A stretch of 64,000 nt of DNA, taken from positions 32,001 to 96,000 of IMG/VR virus record IMGVR_UViG_3300043411_002794; one strand, written 5' to 3'. This document shows, in pieces, positions 48,209 to 57,599 of this stretch (its first letter is position 1; each line of letters starts with the position of its first letter). The DNA comes from a virus. The position numbers and the translations under genes were made by a program. Under the pieces are notes generated by a model. The model did no database searches. It saw only the letters and a program-made list of their open reading frames with translations, and had not been told where the DNA came from.

Positions 48209-49020
48209 TGGTCTTTGACGATCGTCAGGATGCCGGTGCGGACATTGGTGCCGCTCTCCGCGAAGGAGTTGTCGGGCAGCATTTCCCACGTGCCGTTGAC
48301 GCGTTCCACGAATTCCCGGAACTCGACAGCACGCTTGTCGCTGCGGTAAGTCCAGGCCGGACACATGATCGCCACCAGGATACCGCCGTCGGCGAGGAAC
48401 TGGTACGCATGATTCACGTGCTTCACGTCGCCCAGGCCCGTGAATGGCGGGTTCATCACGATCGCGTCGTAGTCGCACGGCGAGGCGGCCAAGAAGTCGC
48501 CGTTGTGGACGATCAATCGATCCCCGTGTTTTTGCTTCAAGGCGATGAGCACGTTGATTAGCAGGGGATCGAGTTCGTACATCTCGATGCGCGTGTGCTT
48601 ACCGAGGCTGAGCAGGGCCTGCACGATGCGGCCCTTGCCGGCCGAAGGCTCGAGGACGTCGATCGTTTCGGTGTTGACCTTCCGCGACTTGAAGTGGTTA
48701 CGAATGATCTCGTAAAGCATGGCGGCGATTGCCACCGGCGTTTCGAAGAATTGGTATTCCTTCTTGCGGTCGATGTACTGGCCGGCGAATACGACGTCTT
48801 CCAGCAGGCCGCGAGCCTCTTCGGGGAAGACGTGCACTTTGCCGGAGCGCGACCACTTGCCGCCCATCGCTTCGAGCACTTTGTTGACCGCTTGGTACGT
48901 AGTGCGGTCAAGTTTGTTGGTGATGGTGACGTTGTTGCCGTCGTACTTGAGTTGCCGCAGCTCTTCAAGGATCTTGGGGTCGATCTTGGTGATACCGGGG
49001 GCTTTAGCCGTTTTCGGCAT
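48205..49020 (-). CDS. Amino (N6A/N4C-type) DNA methyltransferase
   Basis: QFFETP, LEPSAGKG and VMNPPF motifs. Confidence 0.85.
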   Translation of the reverse strand: MPKTAKAPGITKIDPKILEELRQLKYDGNNVTITNKLDRTTYQAVNKVLEAMGGKWSRSGKVHVFPEEARGLLEDVVFAGQYIDRKKEYQFFETPVAIAAMLYEIIRNHFKSRKVNTETIDVLEPSAGKGRIVQALLSLGKHTRIEMYELDPLLINVLIALKQKHGDRLIVHNGDFLAASPCDYDAIVMNPPFTGLGDVKHVNHAYQFLADGGILVAIMCPAWTYRSDKRAVEFREFVERVNGTWEMLPDNSFAESGTNVRTGILTIVKDQ

Positions 49021-49056
49021 TGTCGTCTTTCTGGTTGTCGGGATCGCTTAGCGGCG

Positions 49057-49380
49057 TCAGCTCGTCGGGCACGGCGTGTCTCCGGGCGGATTCGTCGGAC
49101 AGGGGTACTGCGTGATATTCTTCTCACGCACGGCGGCGACGACCTTCTGGAATTTTTCCGGGTCGGCCATGATGAGGATGCCCAGCGGATTGTCGAAGCA
49201 GATCGCTAGGGCGATTGCTTCGGCAGGATCTGCGCATTCCAGTGGTGCGCCGAGGAGGCAACTGCCCCGCTCCTGATTGAACACGCCGGTTTTGCCGTTG
49301 GGCAGCAATTCCGTGTACGTGTCAATCGGAGCGGGTCGCGGCGTCTTTGCGGATCTGTCGAGGATTGTGGAAAAGTCCAT
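49057..49380 (-). CDS. Hypothetical protein
   Basis: TAATG coupling to the thyX stop. Confidence 0.45.
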   Translation of the reverse strand: MDFSTILDRSAKTPRPAPIDTYTELLPNGKTGVFNQERGSCLLGAPLECADPAEAIALAICFDNPLGILIMADPEKFQKVVAAVREKNITQYPCPTNPPGDTPCPTS

Positions 49381-50486
49381 TACGCGGCTTTGTACACGAG
49401 GCCGAGCTTCTGCAGCTTGGCCAAGCACTCGTCGCGTTCACGGGAGCGGGCGCCGCCCCATTCCGGCGGGCAGGCCTGCAGGAACATCGCTTCGGTTACG
49501 CCACCGTGTCCGTCGACGAGCGGTACGAGATTCTGGATCACCGCGATGTCGAGTTCGGTCAGCGTCATCGCGTTGAGGCGGTACTGCTTGAACGCTTCCC
49601 ACAGCACGGGGTAGAGCTGCCCGACGATCGCACCGATCGCGTTGGCGTAGGTGCGGATCTCCAGCTGCGCGTGAGAGTCCATCCGCAGCGAGAGGAAGTG
49701 CAGCAGGTTGTGCATGTCGCACTTCCAGATCGCCGTCGTCATAGTCGACAGCGGCAGATCTTTGCGGGCCTGCTCTTTGGCGACGCCGAACGCCAGGCGT
49801 TCTTCGTAGATTCCGCGGGATTCGTCGAGACCTTCCGTCTCGCGATGCGTCAGATACCGGCCCGGCGTAATGTCCGAGTAGTAACCGACGTATTCGAACA
49901 CCAGGGCTGACTGCGCAAATTCAAACGTGTCCGCCGCTTCGGTGTTGTTGAAACGGAACACACCCCAGCGACGTTCGTCCGCCCGGTCTTCTTCGGTGAC
50001 AAGTACGCCGGGCTGTCCGTCTTCGTCGATCGGAAAGATGCGATAATTGGCGGGCCAGTTATCGCCCAGTTCGCCTGCGCTGCCCTGCCGGTTCGACGTG
50101 CTTTGCAGCCGCCACGAATCAACGCCGGTGCGCTGGCACTCATCGATCGCCGGGGAGTACCGCGTCGAGTATTCGTTGACGTTCGCCATGCGGTGGCGAA
50201 TCCATTGGCGCCAGGTATCCATCGCGACCGTCACGCGAAACTTCATCTCCACCATCTCGAACGGCGTCGTATGGCGGTGCCGCAGCAGGTACCGCATGAG
50301 GCCGACGTCTTCGGCCGGCAACTTGGCGGTCGTCTGTGCCGTCACGCGGGCGGCTTCACAGATCTCGCGTTCATGACCCATGACGTCGATCAACTGGATC
50401 GAGCCGTCGAGTACCGGGACGCATTCTTGTTTCAGTGCGGCAAGCTTCGCAGCAAACGCTTCCGAGGAAAGGAACTCAGCCGACAT
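49380..50486 (-). CDS. thyX: Flavin-dependent thymidylate synthase
   Basis: RHRHTTPFEM, RQWIRHRMANVNEYSTRY, EQARKDLP, LRMDSHAQLEIR. Confidence 0.95.
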   Translation of the reverse strand: MSAEFLSSEAFAAKLAALKQECVPVLDGSIQLIDVMGHEREICEAARVTAQTTAKLPAEDVGLMRYLLRHRHTTPFEMVEMKFRVTVAMDTWRQWIRHRMANVNEYSTRYSPAIDECQRTGVDSWRLQSTSNRQGSAGELGDNWPANYRIFPIDEDGQPGVLVTEEDRADERRWGVFRFNNTEAADTFEFAQSALVFEYVGYYSDITPGRYLTHRETEGLDESRGIYEERLAFGVAKEQARKDLPLSTMTTAIWKCDMHNLLHFLSLRMDSHAQLEIRTYANAIGAIVGQLYPVLWEAFKQYRLNAMTLTELDIAVIQNLVPLVDGHGGVTEAMFLQACPPEWGGARSRERDECLAKLQKLGLVYKAA

Positions 50487-50510
50487 AGATTCTCCAAAAG
50501 AGGCAAGCGG

Positions 50511-50693
50511 CTATTCTCCCCGGGAACGATCCCGACGATCACGCCGCTCCAGTGCGTTGAACAAACGTAGAAGGTAGTACATGCCGATGACGACGGCGAT
50601 ACCACCGGAGAAGCCAAGCTGACGCTTGGCGATGAGTGCAGAGAAAACCATCAGCCAAAAGAGGCCGATGAACAGCTGACCGCCTTGGAACAT
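50511..50693 (-). CDS. Small membrane protein
   Basis: 60 aa with two hydrophobic segments. Confidence 0.45.
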   Translation of the reverse strand: MFQGGQLFIGLFWLMVFSALIAKRQLGFSGGIAVVIGMYYLLRLFNALERRDRRDRSRGE

Positions 50694-51028
50694 GCGGTTA
50701 CAGGATTTCCGCCTCTCCGTGCGGCCACGGCGTCGTCAGACCGGTGTCTACGACAAGCTCCGGTAACTCATCACGAAGCAGTTCCGGGGCCGGAAGCGGA
50801 GGGGACAAAGAGTAATTGCTGATCGGACTGTCGGACAGTCGGATCTGCGGGCCGGGGCCGCGGAGGGTACTCCGCCCTTCAGGGAGCCGGCGTTCTTGGT
50901 AGCGTTTAGCGCTTCGCGAAATTTCAACCATTGTTGCGTCCTCAGGGACGGACGGGCATAATCGCGAAGCATAACAAAGGTAAGGCGAGACCCCAACGCC
51001 GTTTAGCAACGGGGTCCCGGCTTAGTGC

Positions 51029-51178
51029 TTAGATCCGAAAGCAGGCACGGAGTGTCGCCCACAGGATCCCGGTAATCGCCGAAACGATATGCCAGAGCAC
51101 GCTAAATAAGTCATCTGCCAGGTCCTGAACCCACTGGAGTTCCGGATCGTCAGGCTGACGCTGTCGAGGAGTAGGCAT
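51029..51178 (-). CDS. Small putative membrane protein
   Basis: GGAGG RBS 5 nt before ATG; 49 aa with one hydrophobic helix; shares CATG with the terminase start. Confidence 0.35.
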   Translation of the reverse strand: MPTPRQRQPDDPELQWVQDLADDLFSVLWHIVSAITGILWATLRACFRI

Positions 51179-53129
51179 GGCTGCCTCCATGTATGACCGG
51201 CCGGAGCAGGCGCTCCGCACCGGTAGTGTTGCTCGCCTTGGGGCTACTCCCAAGGCCGTGAATTCGCTCATCAAAGATCTGATCTCGCCCGAACGGCACG
51301 GCCGCCCGATCGATATCACGGACAGGACCCACGCCTTACGGCGAATGGTCGATAACGGGGCGGTGCTGAGTCCGGCTAAGTTCTTAGGCAGCATCCTGCG
51401 GCTCGACGGGAAGCCGTTCACGCTGGACGACTACCAGCCGATGTCGCCGCTGTATCGCGCCCTCATGCCGACCAATACCACGTTAGGTACGGGTCGCCAA
51501 GTCGGCAAATCGACGAACATTGCGGCCCGCGGTCTGTTGACCTCGCTCGGTATCCCCAATTTCAAAACGCTTTACGTCACGCCGCTCTACGAACAGATTC
51601 GGCGTTTTTCCAACAACTACGTACGGCCCTTCATCAATCAGTCTCCTCTGCGGAGTCAATGGGTCAGCACGGTGACTGAACAGTCGGTGCTGCAGCGAAG
51701 CTTCCGCAACGGCTCGCTGATGTTGTTCTCGTTCGCGCTACTCGACGCGGATCGTATCCGCGGTGTGTCGGCACACTGCGTGTGCATCGACGAAGTGCAA
51801 GACATGGATCCGGCGCACTTGCCGATCATCAACGAAACGCTGACGGCCAGTAAGCAATACGGCCTTTCGATTTTTACAGGTACACACAAGAGCCTCTCGT
51901 CCGCGCTGCAGGGGCTCTGGAGTGAATCAAGTCAAGCGGAATGGGTGATCCCGTGTCCGCATCCAGGTTGTAAGACCGAGAATGTTCCATCGCGAGAGTT
52001 TCACGCGGAAGCAATGATCGGTCCGGTGCACATGCACATCAGCGAACGCTACCCGGGCGTCGTCTGTCGCAAGTGCCGCCGTCCGATCTCGCCGCGCTTT
52101 GGTATGTGGCGGCATCGTTACAAAGAGCTGCGATGGGTGCGGGCCGGTTATCACATTCCGCAAATCATTCTTCCGCTTCACTACGCTAGTCAGGAAAAGT
52201 GGAGCCAGATCGTTCGTAAGAAGTCCGGCGCTATTAGTGAAGCGGCCTTCTGGAATGAAGTGATGGGCGAGGCCGTCGACGTCGGGCAAAAGCTCGTGTC
52301 CGAATCGGAACTCAAACAAGCCGCATCGCTGCCGTGGCAAAACAATCCCGATCGACCGAACGGGGAGATCAAGAAACGGCTGAACCAATACGCCCACAAA
52401 ACGCTGGCCATTGACTGGGGCGGCGGCGGTGAGAAGGGTACCAGCTTTACGGCGCTCGCCGTGCTCGGCCAAACTGCCGACGGTAAGATCGACGTGCTCT
52501 GGGGTAAGCGGCTCATGCTTGGTTGCGATCGTATTCGCGAGGCCAAGGAGATCCGCGAGTGGTACACGTTCTTCAAATGTGAGTACATCGCGCACGACTT
52601 TACCGGTGCCGGCGAAGTCGCTGAAGCGGTGTTGATTCAAGCCGGACTGCAGCCGAAGCGGATCTTCGGCATTCGCTTACAGCGGTCGGGATACCAGGAC
52701 ATCATGGTGTTCCACGAACCGACGAGCTTCAACCACCATACGTTCCACACGCTCGACAAAGCCCGCTCACTGAACTACACGTGTACGGCCATTCGATTAG
52801 GTCGCGTCCGTTTCTTCCAGTGGGATCGTTTGGCCAAAGATCAGATCGGCCTAATCGGTGACTTCCTTGCATTAACCGAAGCCAATACGGAGCTGCGGCT
52901 CGGCGGTACGCTTTACACGATCGTCCGGGATCCTATGTGGCCGGACGACTGGGCACAGGCCGTGAATCTTGGCACCTGTTTAATCTGGCAGTTGTCCGAT
53001 TCGTGGCCTAACTTCGCCAAGCTGGCCGGCATCAAGAAATTGAGCCAGGCGCAGCTCCACGCCGCCGGTGATTACCAGTGGGGCTGGGATACGGATCCGG
53101 GCCGAGCTCATTTTCTCGGGAAGCCGTGA
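51177..53129 (+). CDS. Terminase large subunit (GpA-like)
   Basis: GAGGAG RBS; TGRQVGKST Walker A, CIDEVQD Walker B, CPHPGC...CRKC Zn, AIDWGGG nuclease motif. Confidence 0.9.
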   Translation: MAASMYDRPEQALRTGSVARLGATPKAVNSLIKDLISPERHGRPIDITDRTHALRRMVDNGAVLSPAKFLGSILRLDGKPFTLDDYQPMSPLYRALMPTNTTLGTGRQVGKSTNIAARGLLTSLGIPNFKTLYVTPLYEQIRRFSNNYVRPFINQSPLRSQWVSTVTEQSVLQRSFRNGSLMLFSFALLDADRIRGVSAHCVCIDEVQDMDPAHLPIINETLTASKQYGLSIFTGTHKSLSSALQGLWSESSQAEWVIPCPHPGCKTENVPSREFHAEAMIGPVHMHISERYPGVVCRKCRRPISPRFGMWRHRYKELRWVRAGYHIPQIILPLHYASQEKWSQIVRKKSGAISEAAFWNEVMGEAVDVGQKLVSESELKQAASLPWQNNPDRPNGEIKKRLNQYAHKTLAIDWGGGGEKGTSFTALAVLGQTADGKIDVLWGKRLMLGCDRIREAKEIREWYTFFKCEYIAHDFTGAGEVAEAVLIQAGLQPKRIFGIRLQRSGYQDIMVFHEPTSFNHHTFHTLDKARSLNYTCTAIRLGRVRFFQWDRLAKDQIGLIGDFLALTEANTELRLGGTLYTIVRDPMWPDDWAQAVNLGTCLIWQLSDSWPNFAKLAGIKKLSQAQLHAAGDYQWGWDTDPGRAHFLGKP

Positions 53130-53371
53130 TGCAACGGATCAAGTAGGCGATCGTCTTCGAATGCTTGTTCGATCTCGTCGTCGAGGTCGAGGTCGACGTC
53201 CAGCAACCAGTCGTCGTCAATGCTGTCGTCGTTCGCCGCGAGCACGTTGTGCTCCGGCGGGAAGTACGGACTGTCGATGTTCTCGGACTTACCGCGGAGC
53301 TCTTCCAGCGGCTCGTCGACGTCGAGATCGAACGCTTCGGGAAATTCTTGGTCGTCGAGATCGTCTTGCAT
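53108..53371 (-). CDS. Small highly acidic protein
   Basis: 87 aa with 31 Asp/Glu; no clear RBS. Confidence 0.5.
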   Translation of the reverse strand: MQDDLDDQEFPEAFDLDVDEPLEELRGKSENIDSPYFPPEHNVLAANDDSIDDDWLLDVDLDLDDEIEQAFEDDRLLDPLHHGFPRK

Positions 53372-53480
53372 AGAAGGATACAAACAGCGGCCTGACATAA
53401 CACTGCTCCCGGAGTTACTACGGCGGGGCGACCACTGCAATGGTACCGCCCAATCTGCTTTATTGCGCGTCGCGTGAACA

Positions 53481-55682
53481 TCACCGACGGACGGGGATCT
53501 GCGAGTCGTCAATAACGACTCCGGTTTCTTGCGTCCACCAACGGACGACATCGACTAGAAGCGTTTCATACAGGTTTTCCTTACGGGGTATGTTGAAGCG
53601 GCGGCGGGCAAGATCGTGTAAGTAACTGGCCGGCAACTCTCGTGCCGCCTGGAGGAACGCGTCCGACGGTTGCGGATGGTCGTCCTCGAGTATCGTCCAA
53701 CCGCGGGGCTGCACGATGTCGGCATCAAGCTCGTTGCCGAGCATGATTATGTTCACGTAGTCGCCGGCGACTACGTGGTAAAGTTGTTGCCGACGGTGTT
53801 TTTGTTTTTTAACCCACGGCAGTAGGGCCGACCAGTCGTGCGGATGGCTGTAGTACCGCCGACTGTGGCGGGGAATAAAGTTGCAACCAAATTTTTCCAA
53901 GATGGATCGCGACGCATCGAACGTACCGCCCGTGATCATCATGCGCGGTTTTTGCTCACCTATCAGCGGTGACATGACGGAACACGCCACATTGGTCAGT
54001 AACCCTAGTGCCAATGGCAGGCACGGCCCGTTCAAGGCACGGATGTCGGCACTACCCAGTATGCTCGGCGGTGGTACGGCCGCAGCCGCAGGCGAACCGA
54101 CGTAGCGGCTGTTCTCGTCGATCTCAAGTTGCCCGGTGGAGCTGATGCTGAAGTCTTGAAAGCGAAAGCGAAGCGAGTCCCAGCCGATACGCGTGTATGC
54201 AGCACTGGTTAGCGGTTGGTGGAACTGCGTGGCGATCGCCAGCACTTTGGTCTTAATCGAGTTGGAGATGATCAGGTTGGCGTTGACGGATGCGGCGACA
54301 ACAACCAACGCGTTAGCGAAGGCACTTGCGTCACTTGCCGACCAGCGGACGTCGAACGGGATCTGCGTATCGTGACAGTGCAGCACCCCGGTTGCCCGCA
54401 TAACATCGTGTGCGATGATTTCGTGAATCTTGACACGAGCGCTTGCGAGCTGCGTACCAGCCGGCGTGTACCAGCCATTCTCGCGTTCAACGACTTGCAA
54501 CGGGCCCGCCATAGCGACAATCTGCGTATCTGCGGTTGCCAGCCGGGAACAGCCTTTGACAATCTCCCGTTGCTCGACCGCGTCTAGCGGTAGGCTCTGG
54601 AAGAACGCCCGGGCGTCGTCTACCGGCATCCGCTGCAGCTTACGAATCAGTGCCGCTCTCCAGCTCACGGCAGCCGTAATCGTGTTACGCAGCGTTTCCG
54701 CGGCACGACTGATATTTCTAGGAACGGCGGGAGCTGCGTCCCAGAGCCAGCCAATCCGTGCATTCATGCTGCGGGCCATCAAGATGGTCTTCGCAAGCTC
54801 GTTTGGCGGGACCGTTTCTGGGGCGAAGACAAGCACGATCGTACGTTTGCGATTGCCGAACCAGTCGCACGAGTTGCGCAGCGAGACGTTGTACGAATGC
54901 ATCCCCATGAGCGGCAGCGGGGCGATGTTCGTCGCCATGTGCCGCTGCTGCAGTCGCAGTGCCCACCAGATATCGGGCATTAGGACCAGCTCGTTCTCCA
55001 GGTACCGGGTGGCGACAGGGAGCGTGCTCGGCATGGTGTACGCGGTTTGCGTCGAGCGCGGGTCATGGCGAATCACAGTCTGACGCACAATGCCGTGTTG
55101 GTGCGTGGCAAAATGCATCCCGGCGATAAGCCCCGGCAGTGTATAAAGCGGCTGTATGACGTAGTACCCGTCACTGAGCTGCCCGACGTTCAGGCCGAGC
55201 GATAATTGTTTAAGTTCGGCCCCTACGCCTAACCCGACAAATTCCATTGTGGCGTCGGGCTGAAACAGTAATTGCTGCAGGAGCACTTTGATCCCTTGCG
55301 GCAAACCACGCAGATTTTCTCGTGGTTTACGGGATTCTTCCCAGTAGGTCGCCAGTACTTTGCGGTTCTCGCAGAGGGTCGCGTATGCGATCCGCTCCTC
55401 CGCTGAGCTGACGTACGCTGCGTGATCGCGGCCCAGCCGGGTCAATGCCTCGGCCTGATCGACCTTCCAAGTCGCTGCGGCAAACTCTATCATGTCGCCA
55501 CAGAACCGGCAGCTATTGCAGTGTGCCCATGTACCGTGTTCCGGTGCGTCGGGCAGCAACTGAAGCTTGCCTCGGCAACGAGGACAAGCGACGATTGTCG
55601 GAAGCACGGTCGTCGTGACGGGCAACCCGACCGACGTCAGTACGTCATGCCAGGGATAATAGCGATTCAGGGAGGATTGCAT
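53481..55682 (-). CDS. Primase-type Zn-finger protein with possible DUF927-like region
   Basis: CPRC...HCNSCRFCGDMI resembles the CHC2 primase Zn finger; no intact TOPRIM or Walker A seen. Confidence 0.5.
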   Translation of the reverse strand: MQSSLNRYYPWHDVLTSVGLPVTTTVLPTIVACPRCRGKLQLLPDAPEHGTWAHCNSCRFCGDMIEFAAATWKVDQAEALTRLGRDHAAYVSSAEERIAYATLCENRKVLATYWEESRKPRENLRGLPQGIKVLLQQLLFQPDATMEFVGLGVGAELKQLSLGLNVGQLSDGYYVIQPLYTLPGLIAGMHFATHQHGIVRQTVIRHDPRSTQTAYTMPSTLPVATRYLENELVLMPDIWWALRLQQRHMATNIAPLPLMGMHSYNVSLRNSCDWFGNRKRTIVLVFAPETVPPNELAKTILMARSMNARIGWLWDAAPAVPRNISRAAETLRNTITAAVSWRAALIRKLQRMPVDDARAFFQSLPLDAVEQREIVKGCSRLATADTQIVAMAGPLQVVERENGWYTPAGTQLASARVKIHEIIAHDVMRATGVLHCHDTQIPFDVRWSASDASAFANALVVVAASVNANLIISNSIKTKVLAIATQFHQPLTSAAYTRIGWDSLRFRFQDFSISSTGQLEIDENSRYVGSPAAAAVPPPSILGSADIRALNGPCLPLALGLLTNVACSVMSPLIGEQKPRMMITGGTFDASRSILEKFGCNFIPRHSRRYYSHPHDWSALLPWVKKQKHRRQQLYHVVAGDYVNIIMLGNELDADIVQPRGWTILEDDHPQPSDAFLQAARELPASYLHDLARRRFNIPRKENLYETLLVDVVRWWTQETGVVIDDSQIPVRR

Positions 55683-56874
55683 GTCGACAATCTGGGATCA
55701 TACGCAGGACGTGTCGGGTAGTGAGTTCCACCGCCTGACTAGTTTATTTCCGCCGCCGGATTTCGTGAAAGAGGCCTCCCACGAACGCCTATTCGGTGAT
55801 GCGGACGGCATCCCGGCTCACCTTTACGGTGACACCGCCGGACGCCGCTTCCCGTGCCACTCGGCCCCGGCTACGTGGGCCTCGGCTTTGTTTCTGTTCG
55901 ATAAGCAGGCTGCCCTCAAGCCGAACGAACGGCAACTCTACGAGCAACGCCTGTTGTCGCAGGCCGAATACTTCGGCATCAAGGGGCAGGTCATTGCTCT
56001 GCGGGAAAAGGTAGCAGCAATCGCCAACGACACGGAAGCCCAGCTGCCGGACGAAGACTTCGCCCTGGTCTGGGCGGCCGCCGACGGCACCAAGCAACGC
56101 CGCTGGCCGCTGCGGAACGCCGGAGAGGTCAAGGTTGCAGCCGAGACCTTTGCCAAGTACCGCGACGACTTCACGTTCGCCGATCGCCACACGGTGGCCA
56201 CCAAGATCCTGGAATCCGCCGTCCGTTACGGCGCCTCGCTGGGCGGTGCCGACGAGGTCATCGAAAAGGCCGCCGGCCGCGGCTCCTGCGCCGGAGCTCA
56301 CGTGGCGGACGCGTTCGAACAACGGGGCCGCATGGCCCGGGCCACGCATCCGGCCTTGGCGGAAGAAGCGATCAAGATGGCGGAAGTTGTCCGCAGTGCC
56401 CCGCAGCAAGCCCGTGGCCACGACAATCTCGTGAAGCTGGCCGGATTGCTCGACACCTTCGATCGTTCGACGGGACTTGTCTCGCTGTACGACGAAGGCG
56501 GCCTGCCGCGGCCGGAAGAGATCTTCTTCCAGGTCACGGAGAAGAATGCGGGCGAGTTCATCGCCACGCACGTGCCAACGACCACCGGTCGGATCTACGA
56601 GCTCGAATCGCTGGAAAAGATCTCGGTCTCGCAATACCGCGAATGGCTCGGCGACGACTTCGCCGATGCCGTCTGTGCCGCCGGGATGCTGCCCGACAGG
56701 GAAAAGTTGGCAGCGGTGCTGCCGACCATGGACCGCGGCATGGCCACGACGTTCGACCGGATGGCCGATTCGTTGGCGATCTCGCCGGTAGCGCAAGAAA
56801 AGGCTGCCGCCCAGGGACCCCTGAGCGGCAGCCGGTTGTTTGAACAAGCCGCGAAGTATCAGCCTGCGGGCTGA
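55681..56874 (+). CDS. Hypothetical protein, possibly head assembly (DUF6582-like segment)
   Basis: GGAGG RBS; RWPLRNAGEVKVAAETF...VATKILESA repeat-like motif; same strand as the terminase. Confidence 0.55.
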   Translation: MSTIWDHTQDVSGSEFHRLTSLFPPPDFVKEASHERLFGDADGIPAHLYGDTAGRRFPCHSAPATWASALFLFDKQAALKPNERQLYEQRLLSQAEYFGIKGQVIALREKVAAIANDTEAQLPDEDFALVWAAADGTKQRRWPLRNAGEVKVAAETFAKYRDDFTFADRHTVATKILESAVRYGASLGGADEVIEKAAGRGSCAGAHVADAFEQRGRMARATHPALAEEAIKMAEVVRSAPQQARGHDNLVKLAGLLDTFDRSTGLVSLYDEGGLPRPEEIFFQVTEKNAGEFIATHVPTTTGRIYELESLEKISVSQYREWLGDDFADAVCAAGMLPDREKLAAVLPTMDRGMATTFDRMADSLAISPVAQEKAAAQGPLSGSRLFEQAAKYQPAG

Positions 56875-57110
56875 GTTGGCGGCGGTGCCGCTTCCGTCGC
56901 AATTTCTTCCCGCAGGATATGACATTGCGGCGGAAGCTCGAGCCCGACACGGACACGTTCAGTGCCGCGGATGTCGACAATTCGCACGATACCCGAGAAC
57001 ACAATGGTGTCTTTCTCGGGTGCGGCCTGGGCCAACAGGCTCTCAATCTGCTCCCGCGTCATGGTGAGCAGGACTGCTTCGTCGCGTTTACGGGATAATA
57101 CAAGCATCAC
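56859..57110 (-). CDS. csrA: Carbon storage regulator CsrA-like protein
   Basis: MLVLSRK.DE...VRIVDIRGTERVRVGL..P....ILREEI; AGGAG RBS. Confidence 0.8.
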   Translation of the reverse strand: MMLVLSRKRDEAVLLTMTREQIESLLAQAAPEKDTIVFSGIVRIVDIRGTERVRVGLELPPQCHILREEIATEAAPPPTQPAG

Positions 57111-57116
57111 GAACTC

Positions 57117-57599
57117 CTAAGAATCTTCCAGACGATAGTCGGCGGCGTCCGGGTTGCCGCTGTAGCACAAAAGCGTACTGATGATTCCAATCAGCAACGA
57201 AACCGGGAGCAAATCCCGGACCCGTCCGATAGCATCCTCTGCGCGACTAACGGGTGCGACGCAACAAGCATCGACCCCCAGTCCCTTGAAGGCGGGACCA
57301 ACATAGTCCATGTTCCTGTAAATGCCAGACGCCTGCGGAAACAAAAAGTTCCCGGCGGTCGCGACACGGATTGGACCAGAGTAACCTGCCGGTGATGCTT
57401 GCAATGCCACCCCGGCAAACAGGCGACACGCAATGCTGCGAGTATGTTCGGGATCGTCACCGTGAATGGCGTGCAACGCCACGGCGATCTCGCCGCGTAC
57501 GAGTGCCACGAGATCCCCGACGTGGATGACGTGCTCGTTGGAGGTCGGCAGCACCACCGGAGAGACGTCTCCGGAGTGATACCGCATTACGTCGGGCAT
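57117..57599 (-). CDS. Putative capsid decoration/cement-type protein
   Basis: IHVGDLV...FAGVALQAS...IRVATAG...AIGRV pattern; probable start MPDVMRY. Confidence 0.5.
   Translation of the reverse strand: MPDVMRYHSGDVSPVVLPTSNEHVIHVGDLVALVRGEIAVALHAIHGDDPEHTRSIACRLFAGVALQASPAGYSGPIRVATAGNFLFPQASGIYRNMDYVGPAFKGLGVDACCVAPVSRAEDAIGRVRDLLPVSLLIGIISTLLCYSGNPDAADYRLEDS

Noticed and set aside
49850-50090. Intein or intron in thyX
   Set aside because: The insertion is short (about 70 aa), in frame, and lacks intein C/S...HN termini or group I intron features.
50694-51028. Structured ncRNA (tmRNA or RNase P-like) in a hairpin-rich gap
   Set aside because: No tmRNA, tRNA or RNase P signatures; a 77-aa ORF with a GAGG RBS (50698-50931) explains most of it, and short hairpins are expected at this GC content.
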